DNA of 64,000 nucleotides. Origin: Octopus sinensis. Lineage: Eukaryota. Shown in pieces: positions 38,856-53,045 of this stretch (positions are counted from its first letter, which is position 1; the number at the start of each line of letters is the position of its first letter). Under the pieces are notes generated by a model. That model was not told where the DNA came from and searched no databases. It saw only the letters and a program-made list of their open reading frames with translations. Both the position numbers and the translations under genes were made by a program. The stretch spans positions 156,860,001 to 156,924,000 of the forward strand of contig NC_042997.1 in assembly GCF_006345805.1 (NCBI RefSeq), given 5' to 3'.

Positions 38856-39536
38856 ACTGGCAGAATCCTTACTATGCCAGGTAAAATGCTTAGTAGTATT
38901 TTTTTCTGCTCTTTATGTTCTGAGTTCAAATGCTGATAAGGTCAATTTTGCTTTTATCCCTCCCAGGTCAATAAAGTACAAGTCAAGAGCTAGGGTTGAT
39001 ATAATCAACTTATATCTTTCTCTCATAAATGGTTATCCTCATGCCAAAATTAGAAAGAATATCATTTTAATTTTTTTGCCAAGTATGGTTGGCAACTCTT
39101 GATACGTTTAGGTATCATGACTTCATCAGAGATGCATATTTTTTAACCATACTCTCTGAAGTAATAATAGTGAAACACTAAGTCAATGTACAAGTGTGTA
39201 CATTAGTTGGCATAGAAAATTAGAATTCTATATGGAAGACAATAGCTAAATTAGTGTTCACATATTTAGTGCAGAAATCATCAAAAAGTTAACTAGAAAA
39301 AATCTATTTGCTGAGAAAACAAAACACTATTAGTCACTGACCATCTAGTCTTTTATTTTCAAATACAGCATCCAAGATCTTATCATCTAAGGAGACTCAG
39401 TTGCTATTTCTAACAGGTCAAGTAATCAGATATAGGCTACCTTATCAACTCATATAATACATATGTGTGTATGTACATGTGTTTGTATGTGTGGTTATGC
39501 TCATACAAGTACATTTATGACATATGCATATTTTGG

Positions 39537-39590
<54 letters not shown>

Positions 39591-39597
39591 ATATCTA

Positions 39598-39646
<49 letters not shown>

Positions 39647-39776
39647 AAATGTAAAAGAATACAAACTGGGACAAGAACGTGAAACATTTAGAAGACGATA
39701 CAAAAAATACGGACAGGACATTCGAAGCCTTCAATCTTCAGTCAAGAACCGGATCATCTTCGCAATTTCGGCTGAA

Positions 39777-40383
39777 AGCAATGATAAATCTCTGAGCAAG
39801 ACGTAAACAGTAGCAGCATGGAGTCGTGAAGTATATTTGCTACCTAAATGTGATAGACCCATAGGGGACGATGCTACTGTTGTTTATGACCCCAGGAAGA
39901 CATCTCCTCCAGCTGGCTATCAACATACTGTCTGTGTCTGGTTAGTATTTGCTAAGGAAAATCAATGTTCCCATCTCAAGCCTTACATGATACACACAGA
40001 CCCAGGTTTCTAGGTAGTAACCAGTCATCAGCTAGCAATGAGAATTCATTCCAAATGCAAAATACTATATGCTTTTTCCAGTGACAAACTGTCGCTGATC
40101 TTGAAAAAGGAGAAACAAGCAATAATAAATCTCTGAGTGAGATGTAAACAGTAGTAGCATGGGATCATGAAATATATTTGCCACCTAAATGTGGTGGACC
40201 CATAGGGGACAATGCTACTGTTGTTTATAGCCCCAGGAAGATGATTTCCCTTCACAAATACTAATTGAACACAGACAGAGTGCAGTTAGCCAGCTGGAGG
40301 AAATGTCTTCCTGGGGCTATAAACAACAGTAGCAGCGTCCTCTATGGGTCTGCCACATTTAGGTAGCAAATACACTTCACAAT
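39777..40383. repeat. Three copies of a ~100-145-bp unit (direct, direct, inverted)
   Basis: 39777-39920 resembles 40117-40250; 40287-40383 is a reverse-complement copy. Confidence 0.85.
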
Positions 40384-40759
40384 GTATATACCTATATATA
40401 TGTGTGTGTATGTGTGTATGTTAATATATATATATACATATATAGAGAGAGAGAGTGGAAAATTAAGATAAACACTAGTATAAATATTTTGTTCCAAAGT
40501 ACATTTCACCATTGCAGTTGTTAGATGTTTCAAGTGCACTTGGATGCCTAGCTGCATCTTACTGTTTATCTTTTATTTTCTGCTACATATGCCCGGTATA
40601 TCATAAACAGTAACACTGCTAAGTACAGAGGTCGACTAACCCCTATACTGGAAGCTGACTAGATGATCTTTATCTATAAGGAGCCCTAACTCATACAGTA
40701 ATAGCCATATATCTAACTGTACACACAAGATAGGTATATATGTATGTGTGTGTGTGTGT

Positions 40760-40808
<49 letters not shown>

Positions 40809-41129
40809 TTAAGAAACAAATTTCAAAGGTCGGTGTATACATTCATTCAATCCATTTCAAATTATCGAAATTCTCCATTGTATACAATATATGCATTCAC
40901 ATATATGAGATATGATAAAAATTTATAGATACATATACATACGAAGATTAAGAAATATATAAAAATTCATAAATATATAAAACTTTACAAACATAAAAGT
41001 TTATAAATATATAAGCACATAGATATAAATATATAGATGTACTTGCGAAGTCTGAATGTCCGTATTAGAATCAATGAGGAGCATAGATAAGAAAGTTAGT
41101 ATAAAATGATTCATGAGGAATCCTAAATA

Positions 41130-42570
41130 GGTACAAAATCTTATGGCCATTTCGAGAAGATATAGGTTGATATGGGTGAGCTAATTCCAACCATAGCAGT
41201 TATCTATACTTCTCTCATCAGAGTTAATGGATTTAAAGAGTTAAAACTTTAAGGGATATGAGAGGTTTGATTTTTTTAAAAAACGAATGTTTAGTCAAAC
41301 CACACTCTTAATGCAGATGATATTAAAATTATTACAAGTTAAGGTACATTACAACACTATACATAATAGTATTTTAAGAAGAGTCCATAATATGAAGGAT
41401 AGCTAGATTAGGCTAATTATTTTTGGGGCAGAATTTAAAAGTTGAAAGATATTTGTGCCTACAGGTAATTAAAGCACCCACTACACTCACGGAGTGGTTG
41501 GCGTTAGGAAGGGCATCCAGCTGTAGAAACATTGCCAGTTTAGACTGGAGCCTGGTGCAGCCTTCTGGCTTCCCAGAACCCCGGTCGAACCGTCCAACCC
41601 ATGCTAGCATGGAGAACGGACGTTAAACGATGATGATGATGATGATGATGATGATATCTTAAGCAAGCTACTTTTGTTGGTACAGTTTATGTGGATCGCC
41701 TCCTTCATGCATAAATTGCAATTTTTTGTGTGTGTATTACATGGTGTGGCTTCCGTTATTATACACCAATCTAGACTGAATTCTTTATTGTGCATTTTTA
41801 ATTTATTGATGTGGGTAGCTAGTGTGATTGAAGTTTTAGTTTCATGGTTAGTGAATGAGTTTGTATGCACCCTAATCTAATTTTAAAATCAGTCATATTA
41901 CCTATGTAAATATTTTTAGGTTCATTTGGGTTGAGACTTCATCTTTATATTTGGCATTTCTCCTTAAACAGAAACCTTTTAGGGGACAGAGCCCCCTATT
42001 ATGACAATTACATGTTTTACTTGTTTTATTTTCAGGTTTAGTCTTTCTATTTTTAATATCAATGTTCTTATTATTGTTCTTCATATTAGGGTCAGCTAAG
42101 TTATCTCTATTAGTGTCGTTTTTTCTAAGTTTAAGTCTCTTGTTGGCTGCGATAATAAATCCTGGATTGGGTGTGGTTGAGTAAGATTATTTAAGGCAGG
42201 ATCTATTAAATATAGAGTGATATTTATGACCTAGTGGGAAGTTCCTATTGATAATGCTAAAAAATAACTTAGGGAGGTTTCTTACCTGGAGGGAAAAGTG
42301 GGGTGTGAATCATATAATTTCCCATCTCCTCCCTGAATTGTTCCTATTCTGACTAGTATAGTTATTGTTATAATTGAATAATCTATAGCATCTTCTAAAA
42401 TGTTGTTGGTTTCAGGGATTGTTCATGGGAGGCGTGTCAATGTTTGAATTCCCAATGTTTGGAAACCGTTTGCTTAATTTGTTTTTAAATATTATATAAT
42501 ATATTTTTCTATTAAATCCACTGTCTTTTAGTGCTGTGTTATAAAGGGGTGCAGTTATTATAACCACCAA
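41130..42570 (-). mobile_element. Decayed Penelope-like element (CNC..CPL.G.C-type GIY-YIG region) with 3' hammerhead; interrupted by an RTE-tail repeat at ~41470-41655
   Basis: Minus-strand peptides KTCNCHNRGLCPLKGFC and TLATHINKLK...DWCII...CNLCMKEAIHI; hammerhead core at 41137-41226. Confidence 0.8.
41137..41226 (-). ncRNA. Type I hammerhead ribozyme motif with long stem II
   Basis: aact-CTGATGA-GAGAAGTATAG...CTATATCTTCTC-GAA-ATGGCCAT-A-agatt. Palindromic stem III; stem I imperfect. Confidence 0.7.
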
Positions 42571-42874
42571 CTCTGTTTACTCTCTCTCTATGTATATATG
42601 TTAAAAAGCATCCAGTCCACACTGTAAAGTGGTTGGCATTTGGAAGGGCATTCAGTCATAAAAACCATGCCAAACTGACTTTGTCTGTGCTTGGGCAATG
42701 TAAAAAGCACTCAGTCCACTCTGCAGAGTGGTTGGTGAAAGGAAGGGTATACAGCTGCAAAAACCATGCCAAAACAGACAGAGGAGTCTGGTGCAGGCTC
42801 CTACCTGGCCAGCTCCTGTCAAACTGTCCAACTCATGCCAGCAGGGAAGGAGGGCATTAAATGATGATATATAT

Positions 42875-42919
<45 letters not shown>

Positions 42920-43505
42920 GGCACTAAGAGCAACATCCGAGCATGATTGTTGACAGAACGGCTAACTGGCTTTCGTGCCGGTGGCACGTAAAAGGCACCA
43001 TTTGATCGTTATAGTTACCTGGCACTTGTGTCAGTGGCATGTGAAAAAAACATTTGAGCAAGGTTGTTGCCAGTACTGCTTGACTGGCCCCCATGCTGGT
43101 GGCACATAAAAGCACCCACTACACTCTCGGAGTGGTTGGCGTTAGGAAGGGCATCCAGCTGTAGAAACTCTGCCAGATCAAGATTGGAGCCTGGTGCAGC
43201 CATCTGGTTTGCCAGTCCTCAGCCATATCGTCCAACCCATGCTAGCATGGAAAGAGGACGTTAAAGGATGATGATGATGATGATATATATAGTGCATATG
43301 TGTGTGTGTGCATCTGTTTGCATATACTCATGGATGTAATCTGTAGCTGAGTAAAAAGAAGGATTGTGTTTGATGTATGGACAGGTGAGAATGATGAATG
43401 TCAATAGGTATGAGAATGGGAAAAATATCAGCAACATCAACAGAAACAAAATAAAAAATAAAATCCAAGAAAGAACAACGAAAGAATAAGCTCAGTTGCA
43501 ATGTT

Positions 43506-43537
<32 letters not shown>

Positions 43538-43791
43538 CAAGACAGTGAGTCAATCGGTTTTTCATATAACATCACAAGCAACTAACCATAGAGATACAGA
43601 GAGATAAAGCAAGGTGATGAGAGATTAAGAGATAGAAAGAGTAGGGAGGAGAGAGAGAGGAAGAGAGAGAATATGTGAGATTAGATGCAGGGAGAGAAAA
43701 ATAATTAAGGTGTACTAATTACATTTATGTTAGTAAGGTGTGTTAAAGTGCAAAACAATAAAGACTCATACACATACAGGTAAACAAACAG

Positions 43792-43823
<32 letters not shown>

Positions 43824-45379
43824 CTATAATGTATATGAGTTCATGTAATAAGTACACTTACTCATTGCATAATGATGTATATTCCTATGGACCATGCATA
43901 CTCACACATAGATACCCATTTAATGACTACACTAGCTAATCTTCACACATACTATGCATACATATACTCTACGTACATACATTCACACATACTATACATG
44001 TGTGTTCAACTATATATACTGAACAACTAAACACACACACACACTTTCTGATCTTTGGGTGCCTTTAGTGAAGCCTGCCCCATAGCCAGCATTTTGTTCC
44101 AATTTCTGGCTTGAGGATATCAAGGTCTTTCACCCTTCCTTCCAGCTGTTTTGGAAGCCCTGCCAAAAATGTGATAGGTACACCCACTTTCCCCCACACA
44201 CATCAAGCCATAAATATGATGAGTATCCATGAACACACATACACGCACATACACACACACACACTCACACACAATGCATACACACACACACATTCATACA
44301 GACATACATAAGCACAAACACACAGAGAGTCTTACAAATATTTAGTTTTCATAATAAAAGGTGTATAAATTCACTTATAAAACCTGCAGGAAGTTGGTAA
44401 ATACATAATTATATACATAGACACTCTCTACATAAACATAAAAAGTATATATAAACACATATCTTTGTGTAAGCATGTAAATATGTACACACATACACAC
44501 AAAGACACAGTTACGTGTGTATATGTACATATGAGTACATGTGCATGTATATATATATATTTCTTTACTACCCACAAGGAGCTAAACATAGAGGAGACAA
44601 ACAAGGACAGATAAAGGGATTAAGTCGATTACATCGACCCCTGTGCGAAACTGGTACTTTATTTATCAACCCCGAAAGGATGAAAGGCAAAGTCAACCTC
44701 GGCGGAATTTGAACTCAGAACGTAACAGCAGACGTAATACCGCTAAACATTTCGCCCAGCATGCTAACGTCTCTGCCAGCTCGCCGCCTTATGTGTGTAT
44801 ATATATTTATGCACATATGTATGTATGTGTGTATGCATATATATATAACTTTAACTCTCTATTCCTAATGTCCAACAATGTTGATGTATAATTCTTTTGT
44901 TATCACTTATGGGTTGTTAATGTATTTGAATGTGTGTGTGTATGTATTTGCCTACATATATATGTTTACCATTCGAGCATGATCGTTACCAGCATCACCT
45001 TACTGGCACTTGTGCTGGTGGTTCGTGAAAAACAACATTCGAGCATGGGCATTGCCAGTGCCACTGGACTGGCTTCTGTGAAGGTGACACATAAAAACAT
45101 CATTTGAGCGTGGCTGTTGCCAGCACTGCTTGATTGGCCCTCATGCCGGTGGCACGTAAAAGCACCCACTACACTCTCAGAGTAGTCGGTGTTAAGAAGG
45201 ACATCCAGTTGTAGAAACTCTGCGAAATCAGATTGGAGCCTGCTGCAGCCATCTGGCTCACCAGTCCCCAGTCAAACCGTCCAACCCATGCCAGCATGGA
45301 AAGTGGACGTTAAAGGATGATGATGATGATGATATTTATATAAATATCTATCTATCTATCTATATATATATAGATATAT

Positions 45380-45542
45380 AGGCACAGGAGTGGCTGTGTG
45401 GTAAGTAGCTTGCTAACCAACCACATGGTTCCGGGTTCAGTCCCACTGCGTGGCATCGTGGGCAAGTGTCTTCAGCTATAGCCCCGGGCCGACCAATGCC
45501 TTGTGAGTGGATTTGGTAGATGGAAACTGAAAGAAGCCTGTC

Positions 45543-45638
<96 letters not shown>

Positions 45639-45840
45639 TTGTGTTTGTCCCCCTAGCATTGCTTGACAACCGATGCTGGTGTGTTTACGTCCCCGTCACT
45701 TAGCGGTTTGGCAAAAGAGACCGATGAATAAGCACTGGGCTTACAAAGAATAAGTCCCGGGGTCGATTTGCTCGACTAAAGGCGGTGCTCCAGCATGGCC
45801 GCAGTCAAATGACTGAAACAAGTAAAAGAGAGAAAGAGAG
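45380..45840 (+). mobile_element. tRNA-derived SINE family B with internal (TA)n(GT)n (other copies: 58958-59350 +, 25140-25590 +, 11205-12030 +, 1040-1485 -, 26148-26550 -, 33225-33645 -)
   Basis: Head ggcacaggagtggctgtgtggtaag...gggttcagtccc, CORE-like cttgggcaagtgtcttc, tail gactgaaacaagtaaaagag. The 45380 and 58958 copies are near identical. Confidence 0.85.
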
Positions 45841-47469
45841 TATATATATAGGAACATTGTTCTTGCTTCTGACTAAGAGATATAAAAAAGCATTAAACTT
45901 CGGCTTGCATCACATGTTTAATATTCATACAAGAAATAATACTGAATGGAAAACAAAGAGGACTAATCTATCTATAAAGTTTTCATACCAAACATGGTTG
46001 GAGACTTTGCGGATGTGAATGACAACATTGCTTCTGCAGAGAATTTTCAAAGCTAAGAGACCATGTGTGTATAATGTAGGAAAAAGAGTGAGCTCTTGTG
46101 GTATATAATCCATCGGATTAATATCAATATACTCTTCTTTGTACTACCAGGTTGATGAATGCTTTGTGGTCACCTTTATGACAAGCAATATATGTTTGTT
46201 ATGGAATTCTTGTGGGAGAATAGAAAGGTAGTTTTTTGTTGCCGTCTTTCAGGTACCTTATTTCTTTATTGCCCACAAGGGGCTAAACATAGAGGGGACA
46301 AACAAGGACAGACAAAGGGATTAAGTCGATTACATCAACCCCAGTGCGTAGCTGGTACTTAATTTATCGACCCCGAAAGGATGAGAGGCAAAGTCGACCT
46401 CGGCGGAATTTGAACTCAGAACGTAATGGCAGATGAAATACCTATTTCTTTACTGCCCACAAGGGACTAAACACAGAGAGGACAAACAAACGGATTAAAT
46501 CGATTACATCGACCCCTGTCCGTAACTGGTACTTAATTTATCGACCTCGAAAGGATGAAAGGCAAATTCGACCTCGGCGTAATGGCAGATGAAATACCGG
46601 TAAGCATTTCGCCCGGCATACTAACATTTCTGCCAGCTCACCGCCTTTCAGGTACCTTATTTACAAGATGTCTTTCGGGTACCTTATTTACAAGATGCCC
46701 ATGTTGATGCCATGTAAAAAGCACCCATGCTAGTGTCACATACAAAGTTCTTATGCTGGTGTTATGTATCAACATAGCATCATACCAGTGCCATGTAATA
46801 GCACTGGTACCAGGTAAAAAACAGTTGTGCTACTGCCACATAAAAAGCACTTGTGCCAGTGTCACATAGAAGCACCTATTCCAGTGCCATGTAAAAGGCA
46901 CCCAGTACACTCTGTAAAGTGGTTGGTGTTAGGAAGAGCATCAAGCTGTAGAAACCATGCCAAAATAGATAGTTGGAGTCTAGTGCAGCTCTTTGGCTGG
47001 CCAGCTCCAGACAAACTTCCAACCCATACCAGGATGGAAAATGGACATATGGTGGTGATGATGACACTATCTTGATGGTAAGATACAGACAATTTTTCCA
47101 CACTTGCATGGGCAGTGAGAAAGTAAAGACTTGGAAAAATTACCACAAAACATTTTGTCTAGCCCACATGGCTGTGTAATTCAGAAGGCTGTTTTGTAGT
47201 CACATGGTTTCAGGTTGAGTCCTACAGCACCTTGGGCAAATGTTTTCTACTATAGCCCTGGGCTGACTGATGTCTTGAGACTGAATTTGTTGGCAGACAA
47301 AAACTGTGTGGAAGCTTGTAGCATATATGTATATACTTCTAGTCCTGATTTGCAAATTGAATAGCCCATGTATCAGAGCTTGAAGATTGCTTGGAGATAC
47401 AAAGCATGTCATAAAAACCTACCTAGACCTGCACTTCCAAAACAAGGAACTATTAGTAACTCATATACT

Positions 47470-47915
47470 GTGAATGAGGAGGAGCTGTTTAAAGAAGTGC
47501 TAATCTTTAACTGTGGGAGGAACCTGTGAAAGAGGTAGACCCAAGAAGACATGGGATGAGGTGGTGAAGCATGATCTTCAAATGTTGGGCCTAACAGAGG
47601 TAATGACAAGTGACCAAGATCTTTGGAGATATGCAGTGCTTGAGAAGATCCGTCAAGCCAAGTGAAATCATAGCCATGGCCAATGCCAGTGTTATGTAAA
47701 ATGGCACTCAAGAAATCATAGTGGTTGCTGATGTCATGTAAATGGCACCCATGCTGGTGGCACATAAAAAGCACCCATTACACTCTTGGAGTGGTTGGCA
47801 TTAGGAAGGGCATCCAGTCATAGAAACCATGCTAAATCAGACTGAAACCTGGTGTGGCTTTCCAGCTTACCAATTCCAATTGAACTGTCTAACCCATGAT
47901 GATGATGATGATGAT
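47470..47915 (+). mobile_element. RTE LINE 3' fragment
   Basis: Encodes GTCERGRPKKTWDEVVKHDLQMLGL followed by the shared 3' UTR and (GAT)n. Confidence 0.8.
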
Positions 47916-48801
47916 ACATATTCACACTTGCGCATGTGTGAGTGTTTGTCCATGCCACTACTTGACAACTGATGCTGGTTTGTTTACATCCCTGTAATTT
48001 GACAGTTTGGCAAAAGAGGCTGATAGCATAAGTATTAGACTCAAAATCAACATGTGCTAGTGTTGATTTGTTTGGCTAAACCCTTCAAGGTACTGCCCCA
48101 CCATGGCCACTGATAGTTCAATGAGTGAAACAAATAATAGATAAAGTTCTGGTCAACCCACTGCACTGGGATGATCCTTTATTTTATTGACACTGGGAGG
48201 ATGAAAATCAAAGCTGAACTTAGTACAATTCAGAACATAAAAAGAAAAAAAAAACAAGTAAAAATATAAATAAAAAAACAATTACATAAAGTAACAATAC
48301 AAAACAAAAACTACAAAGGTATTTTGCTTGAAGCTCTAATGATTCAGTCAATTCACTGTTTTATGTTACTAAAAATTTAATAATTACATTATTGACCTTC
48401 ATCTTACTAAGTCCCATTTTGTAGATCTTGGAAGAATGAAAAGCAAAATCAATTCCAGCAGGATTGAGGTTTGGAACACAGCAAAACGAAGCTCAATGCT
48501 TTGATGAATTTAGTCTCGTCTCTGCACTCTTTCACCCATCTCCACTAATAAGACTAACACTAAAAATATCGATTTATAACATAGGCAACAAAGCTTCCAA
48601 AGTCAGGGGATTGATGTAGTTAATTATATCAACTTCAGTGCTTGACTGGTAATTAATTTTATCAATGAAAGATAAATTTAACCTTGATGAGAATTGAATT
48701 CAAATTACCAAGAGCTGTAATGAAACATCCACATCATTCCCTTAATATCCACTTTTCCATGCTTGCATGGGTTGGATGGAGTTTATTGAGGGCAGATTTT
48801 C

Positions 48802-49021
48802 TATGAGGGGGTGCTGAAAACTTCCTGGTTTAAAGGGTATCACAAAAGGTCTGGTTGGAAGCCCAACCTTCCAAGTTCTTTCACAGGGATTAGAAAAACT
48901 GAAGGACCACTGCAATAAGTTTGTGAATCTGAGAGGGGAATATGTTGAATAAAATCATAATTAACTGATCCTTCTGTATTTTTTTTTACCCAAAGTCAGG
49001 AACTTTTCATGACCCCTCATA
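48802..49021 (+). mobile_element. Mariner-derived MITE inserted in a SINE tail
   Basis: TA TSD; TIRs tgagggggtgctgaaaacttcctg / caggaacttttcatgacccctca; internal remnant GLEKLKDHCNKFVNLRGEYVE* (mariner C-terminus). Confidence 0.85.
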
Positions 49022-49450
49022 TGGCTGGATGCTCTTCTTGTCGTTAACCCTCACCTGCTTCTAAGCATGGTAATTTTTCCTTATGGTTAGGCATGTTTTT
49101 GCTGACTATTGGAAATGAATGACATTCATTCACAACAATCATGCAATAACAAGAAAATGGAAACAAACACACACATACATATATACATACACACACACAT
49201 GCACACATACACATTTCTATATATGTTTATATATATGACTAGCTTGTTTCACTTTCTATCTACCAAATCCACTCACTAAGCTTTGGTCAGCTGGGGCTAT
49301 AGTAAAAGACACTTGCCCAAGGCGCCATGTATTGGGACTGAACCAGAAACCATGTGGTTGGGAAGCAAACTTCTTAACCACATAACCACACCTATTCTGT
49401 CTGATGCTATAATGGAAATGTAAAAATATCTAGAATGTGTTTTCACTTAC

Positions 49451-49518
49451 CTGAATTGCTGTATAGTCCAATTTATAAATATATTGGCAATCTACAATAA
49501 TAGCTTTGGGCTCGTCCC
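49451..49518 (-). CDS. SLC26A11: SLC26A11-like exon, STAS core: (G)DEPKAIIVDCQYIYKLDYTAIQ
   Basis: Long pyrimidine tract + tag acceptor, donor CAG|gtaagt, 68 nt, phase 1/0. STAS signature 'IIxDCxxIxxxDYT'. Confidence 0.92.
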
Positions 49519-50117
49519 CTATAGAGAGTGTAAGAGAAAGAGAGAAAAGGAAAAAGGTTACAAAATAAATAATTTCAATGAGCAGAAACACATCATTTCA
49601 ATAATAATAATTAAAGTGAGACATTAACTGGCTGAGCTGATATGAGTAACTAAGTCTGTGACTGTGAAACATAACATTGTGTAACAATATTTGCCTTTGG
49701 GTACCAACTGTTATTTCCTATATGCTTACCCCTAGAAAGTATGAAAAATGGCTAATATTTCCTTCAAACTTTGCTTCTGTTACATTTATCCAAACCTCAA
49801 AGAATCCCTCTCATCACATGGCTATGATGCTCCCCCACTACTCCTGCTCATGATCAGAGATGCATGTATTGTCAGCCAATAAGGAACATGCTCAAGTGGT
49901 TATGGTCAAGCAAATGTAATATTAAGCAGAATATTTGCTATAACAATATTTCTGCTTCCGCAACTCAGCATTGACTGTCTGAAATGTAATGGAAAATAAG
50001 TCAATTTCAAAACATTGACATCCAGGTTACAAAAGCAAAATTTGAAGGGAATACTAGTTATTTCCTTTGATTTCTAGATGGAAGTAATTAGGAAATAAAA
50101 CTGACTAAAGACAAAAA

Positions 50118-52202
50118 TCTATATACATATAAAATTCTTTGTCTGTCTGTTCGCAATGCATTCTAATATGGTTCAATCAAATCAAATCAAATTTTACATG
50201 GTAATAGTATCAAACCCAGTGAGAGTCAACATGCAATTTTTTTTTCATTTGGATTAAAACAATATAACATTGGCACTGGTTCAGCATTACATGTCAAAAG
50301 TGAAAGAATAACATCTATATTGTAATGTGATATAATACTGTTTCACTTTTAATTCTATGTTAAGACTATAATATTGTTTCACTTTTCATTGTAATTATAT
50401 CCTAATGTGAACAACATTACACATCGGCAACTTTCCATCTTTATGGCCACAACAGCAGAATGTGTGTGTATTGACTGACATAATGAATGATAGGAGGTGA
50501 AGCTCTTGACAAAAAACAATGAGGTGGCCGGTCCAAGGTATATAAAAATACACATTTACCATTCAATTACTGGTTAATAATTATCGCAGCAGTTGCAAAT
50601 TTACCATTAAATTATCAGTTCATGCATGTGCTTCTATTTGGTTAATTTATACTGCATACAAAAATAAAGACATACTACATATATACAACTGCATACAATA
50701 ATAGAGATTACTGTATAATTTCTTCTATGTTCATAATTTTTGGTTTACAATATTGAAAAAATATGCCACCAAAGAATAGATGTAGTCCCTCCGGAAACAA
50801 GTATAAAGCAAGGAGGATTGTAGAAAACTGAAGGCAAGAGTCTCAAGAGAGAAAGGAGATGAGACTTTCTCACGATCAGCAAAAGCATGCTGTAGCATGT
50901 CAAATGGACTCTCAAGAGAGAAGGGAGATGAGACTTTCTCAAGATCAGCAAAAGCATGCTGCAGCACTTAATACTGAATCATCAAAACATTTTAATGATT
51001 GAACAGTGGTCCAGTAGAATAGCTCTCAGAAACAGACTATGTACAAATTTATTCTTCATAACTCCTGGAGCTGCTTCACATATGATCCATCCCATTCTAA
51101 TAAAAATGATAATTTTGTCCAAACTGGTGTGCTATACTCAAATGGTTATTTCTGCAAAACTTAAAAATTTCCAAATGAAACTAATGGCATGCGCTGCTCA
51201 GGTGGTAAGGTAAGATTGCCAGCACTACCAGCTCCTCCTCAACCTCTTATAGATCTTCTGGAAGGCACTTCCATCCAGTCAAAAGATTTTCTGAACAATG
51301 TCAGACAATACAACTCTGCATTTTGAATGACACCATTTGGTGCATCTAAGGAGATAGATGAACATGGATTTACACCAACATTCAAAGTTCAAGGGCGAGT
51401 CTATCACCTCATCAGTTCCCTGTTACCCACAAATGAACAATCATAGTTATGAGTGATGTAGGACAACAAACCCGAAGGAGGTGTCAAAACTTCAGATGAT
51501 GGGTCATGTTAGATGCAGCGCCGACTGCCGCAAAGGAGAGTATATTCACTGACAACTTTTCAGTGTGTTCAAAAATCACATACCCCCCGCCAAATTTCTA
51601 TGACTGGTTAGAGCCTGGAATACTCCAAACAGACGAATGACAAGTTGCTTAGTTGAATTAGCCCATCATTTACTCCACAAATGTTTTGTCATCAGTGCTG
51701 CACTTTCTTGTTTCACCTGTTTCAACATAACTGTAATATATCTTTATATATAAAAGTGAAGTTGTGTGTCTGTCTCCTACGATTTAGATTCCTAACTACT
51801 CCCACATTTTGCAGTGCAGTTTAACCAAAACCGGGTATCTTATAGTCCTGATTCATATCGAGCCCTTCTGGGTATTAGCACGTGTCTACGATGAGTCAAC
51901 GATTTAAAAAATAATTTACCATCATTTTTTTTCCATTTTAATGCATTTTTTCGCTATTATATAAGGGAAGTAACTCTCTAAAAATGTCTACGATGAGTCA
52001 ACGATTTAAAAAAAAATTTACCATCATTATTTTTCCATTTTTAATGCATTTTTTTGCTATTTTTTGGCTATAACTCTCTAAAAATGCTTATATAGTTATT
52101 TCTCTTACAAACCCGAGCAACGCCAGGTGATACTGCTAGTATATATATATATATACAAACTATGCCATTTTAATCCTGAGCAACACTGGGTATCTCTGCT
52201 AG
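50118..52202 (+). mobile_element. Internally deleted Helitron with RepHel N-terminal remnant and a nested non-autonomous Helitron
   Basis: A|TC start, hairpin + CTAG|T end. 51185-51430 encodes CSGGKVRLPALPAPPQPLIDLLEG...FLNNVRQYNSAF*MTPFGA...PTFKVQGRVYHLISSLLP. 69-bp coding tandem repeat at ~50840-50965. Confidence 0.85.
51741..52139 (+). mobile_element. Non-autonomous Helitron
   Basis: A|TCtttatatataaaa ... cccgagcaacgccagg hairpin ... CTAG|T, no TSD. Confidence 0.85.
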
Positions 52203-53045
52203 TAAATGAATAGATAATAAAAATTTTGTTACACAATGCAATGTAATAGCTTCATTTTATAATTGCTTTTGTTGCTAAAATAGCAAGTTGTAGATGCCAC
52301 AGAGCAAATGGCTAACTGAGACTCCACAACTTGCTTTCAATCAAATTCACTTTAAAAAATAATTGGTACTCTTGCTTAGTGAAAGATATGAATATTTTGA
52401 AAGTTCATTCACTTCTACAATGAAATTGTGTGGCTTTTTACCTAAACAAGAAATGTTAGGATGAAATGAGATGATTGGATGCTTATGATTTTGGCCTGGC
52501 TGATTGGACATGAGAATGGTTTTTGGTGCTGGAGGTAAACACTTAAACACATAAGCATGTGTACAAAGAAATACACACATTCACAGAGAGAGAGAGAGAG
52601 CGAGAGAGAGAGAGGAGAGAGAGAGATATGTTACAAATACAAGCATAGTTAGATGCATGCTTACATACATAAACACAAAAAGAGAGAGAAAAGGATATTA
52701 CAATTCATTAGTTGAACATGATTGATATAAACACTTTCCTTCTCCTCAAGCAGAGAGAGGGGGGGGGAGAGGAGAGGGGGGAGAGGAGAGGGGGGGAGAG
52801 GAGAGGGGAGAGAATGTAAAATAGAATGAAGGAAAGAGAGAAACAAGAGATACATTAAAATTAGAGGAATATTAACATGAGAAACATTAAAATGTCTGAT
52901 GTCAAATAAGTCAGCAGCGAATCAGTGATGCCAAACAAGCAATGCTAAAATGGCTACCAAAACGTCTCATTATCATGTTAGGATAATGAAGCTATCATTG
53001 AAGTAATTAAGTAACTGAACTCTTAATCAATTCTGCCCAAGAATA

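Noticed and set aside
39710-39775. CTGAAGA...GAA on the minus strand as a hammerhead
   Set aside because: No A15.1-U16.1 pair or stem I. Similar partial matches near 1969, 2688, 4618, 27545 and 30663 also lack stems or GAAA.
39822-39862. SECIS-like UGAA/UGAU quartet
   Set aside because: Helix II too short, no apical AA motif, second copy lacks the quartet, and it is antisense and intronic.
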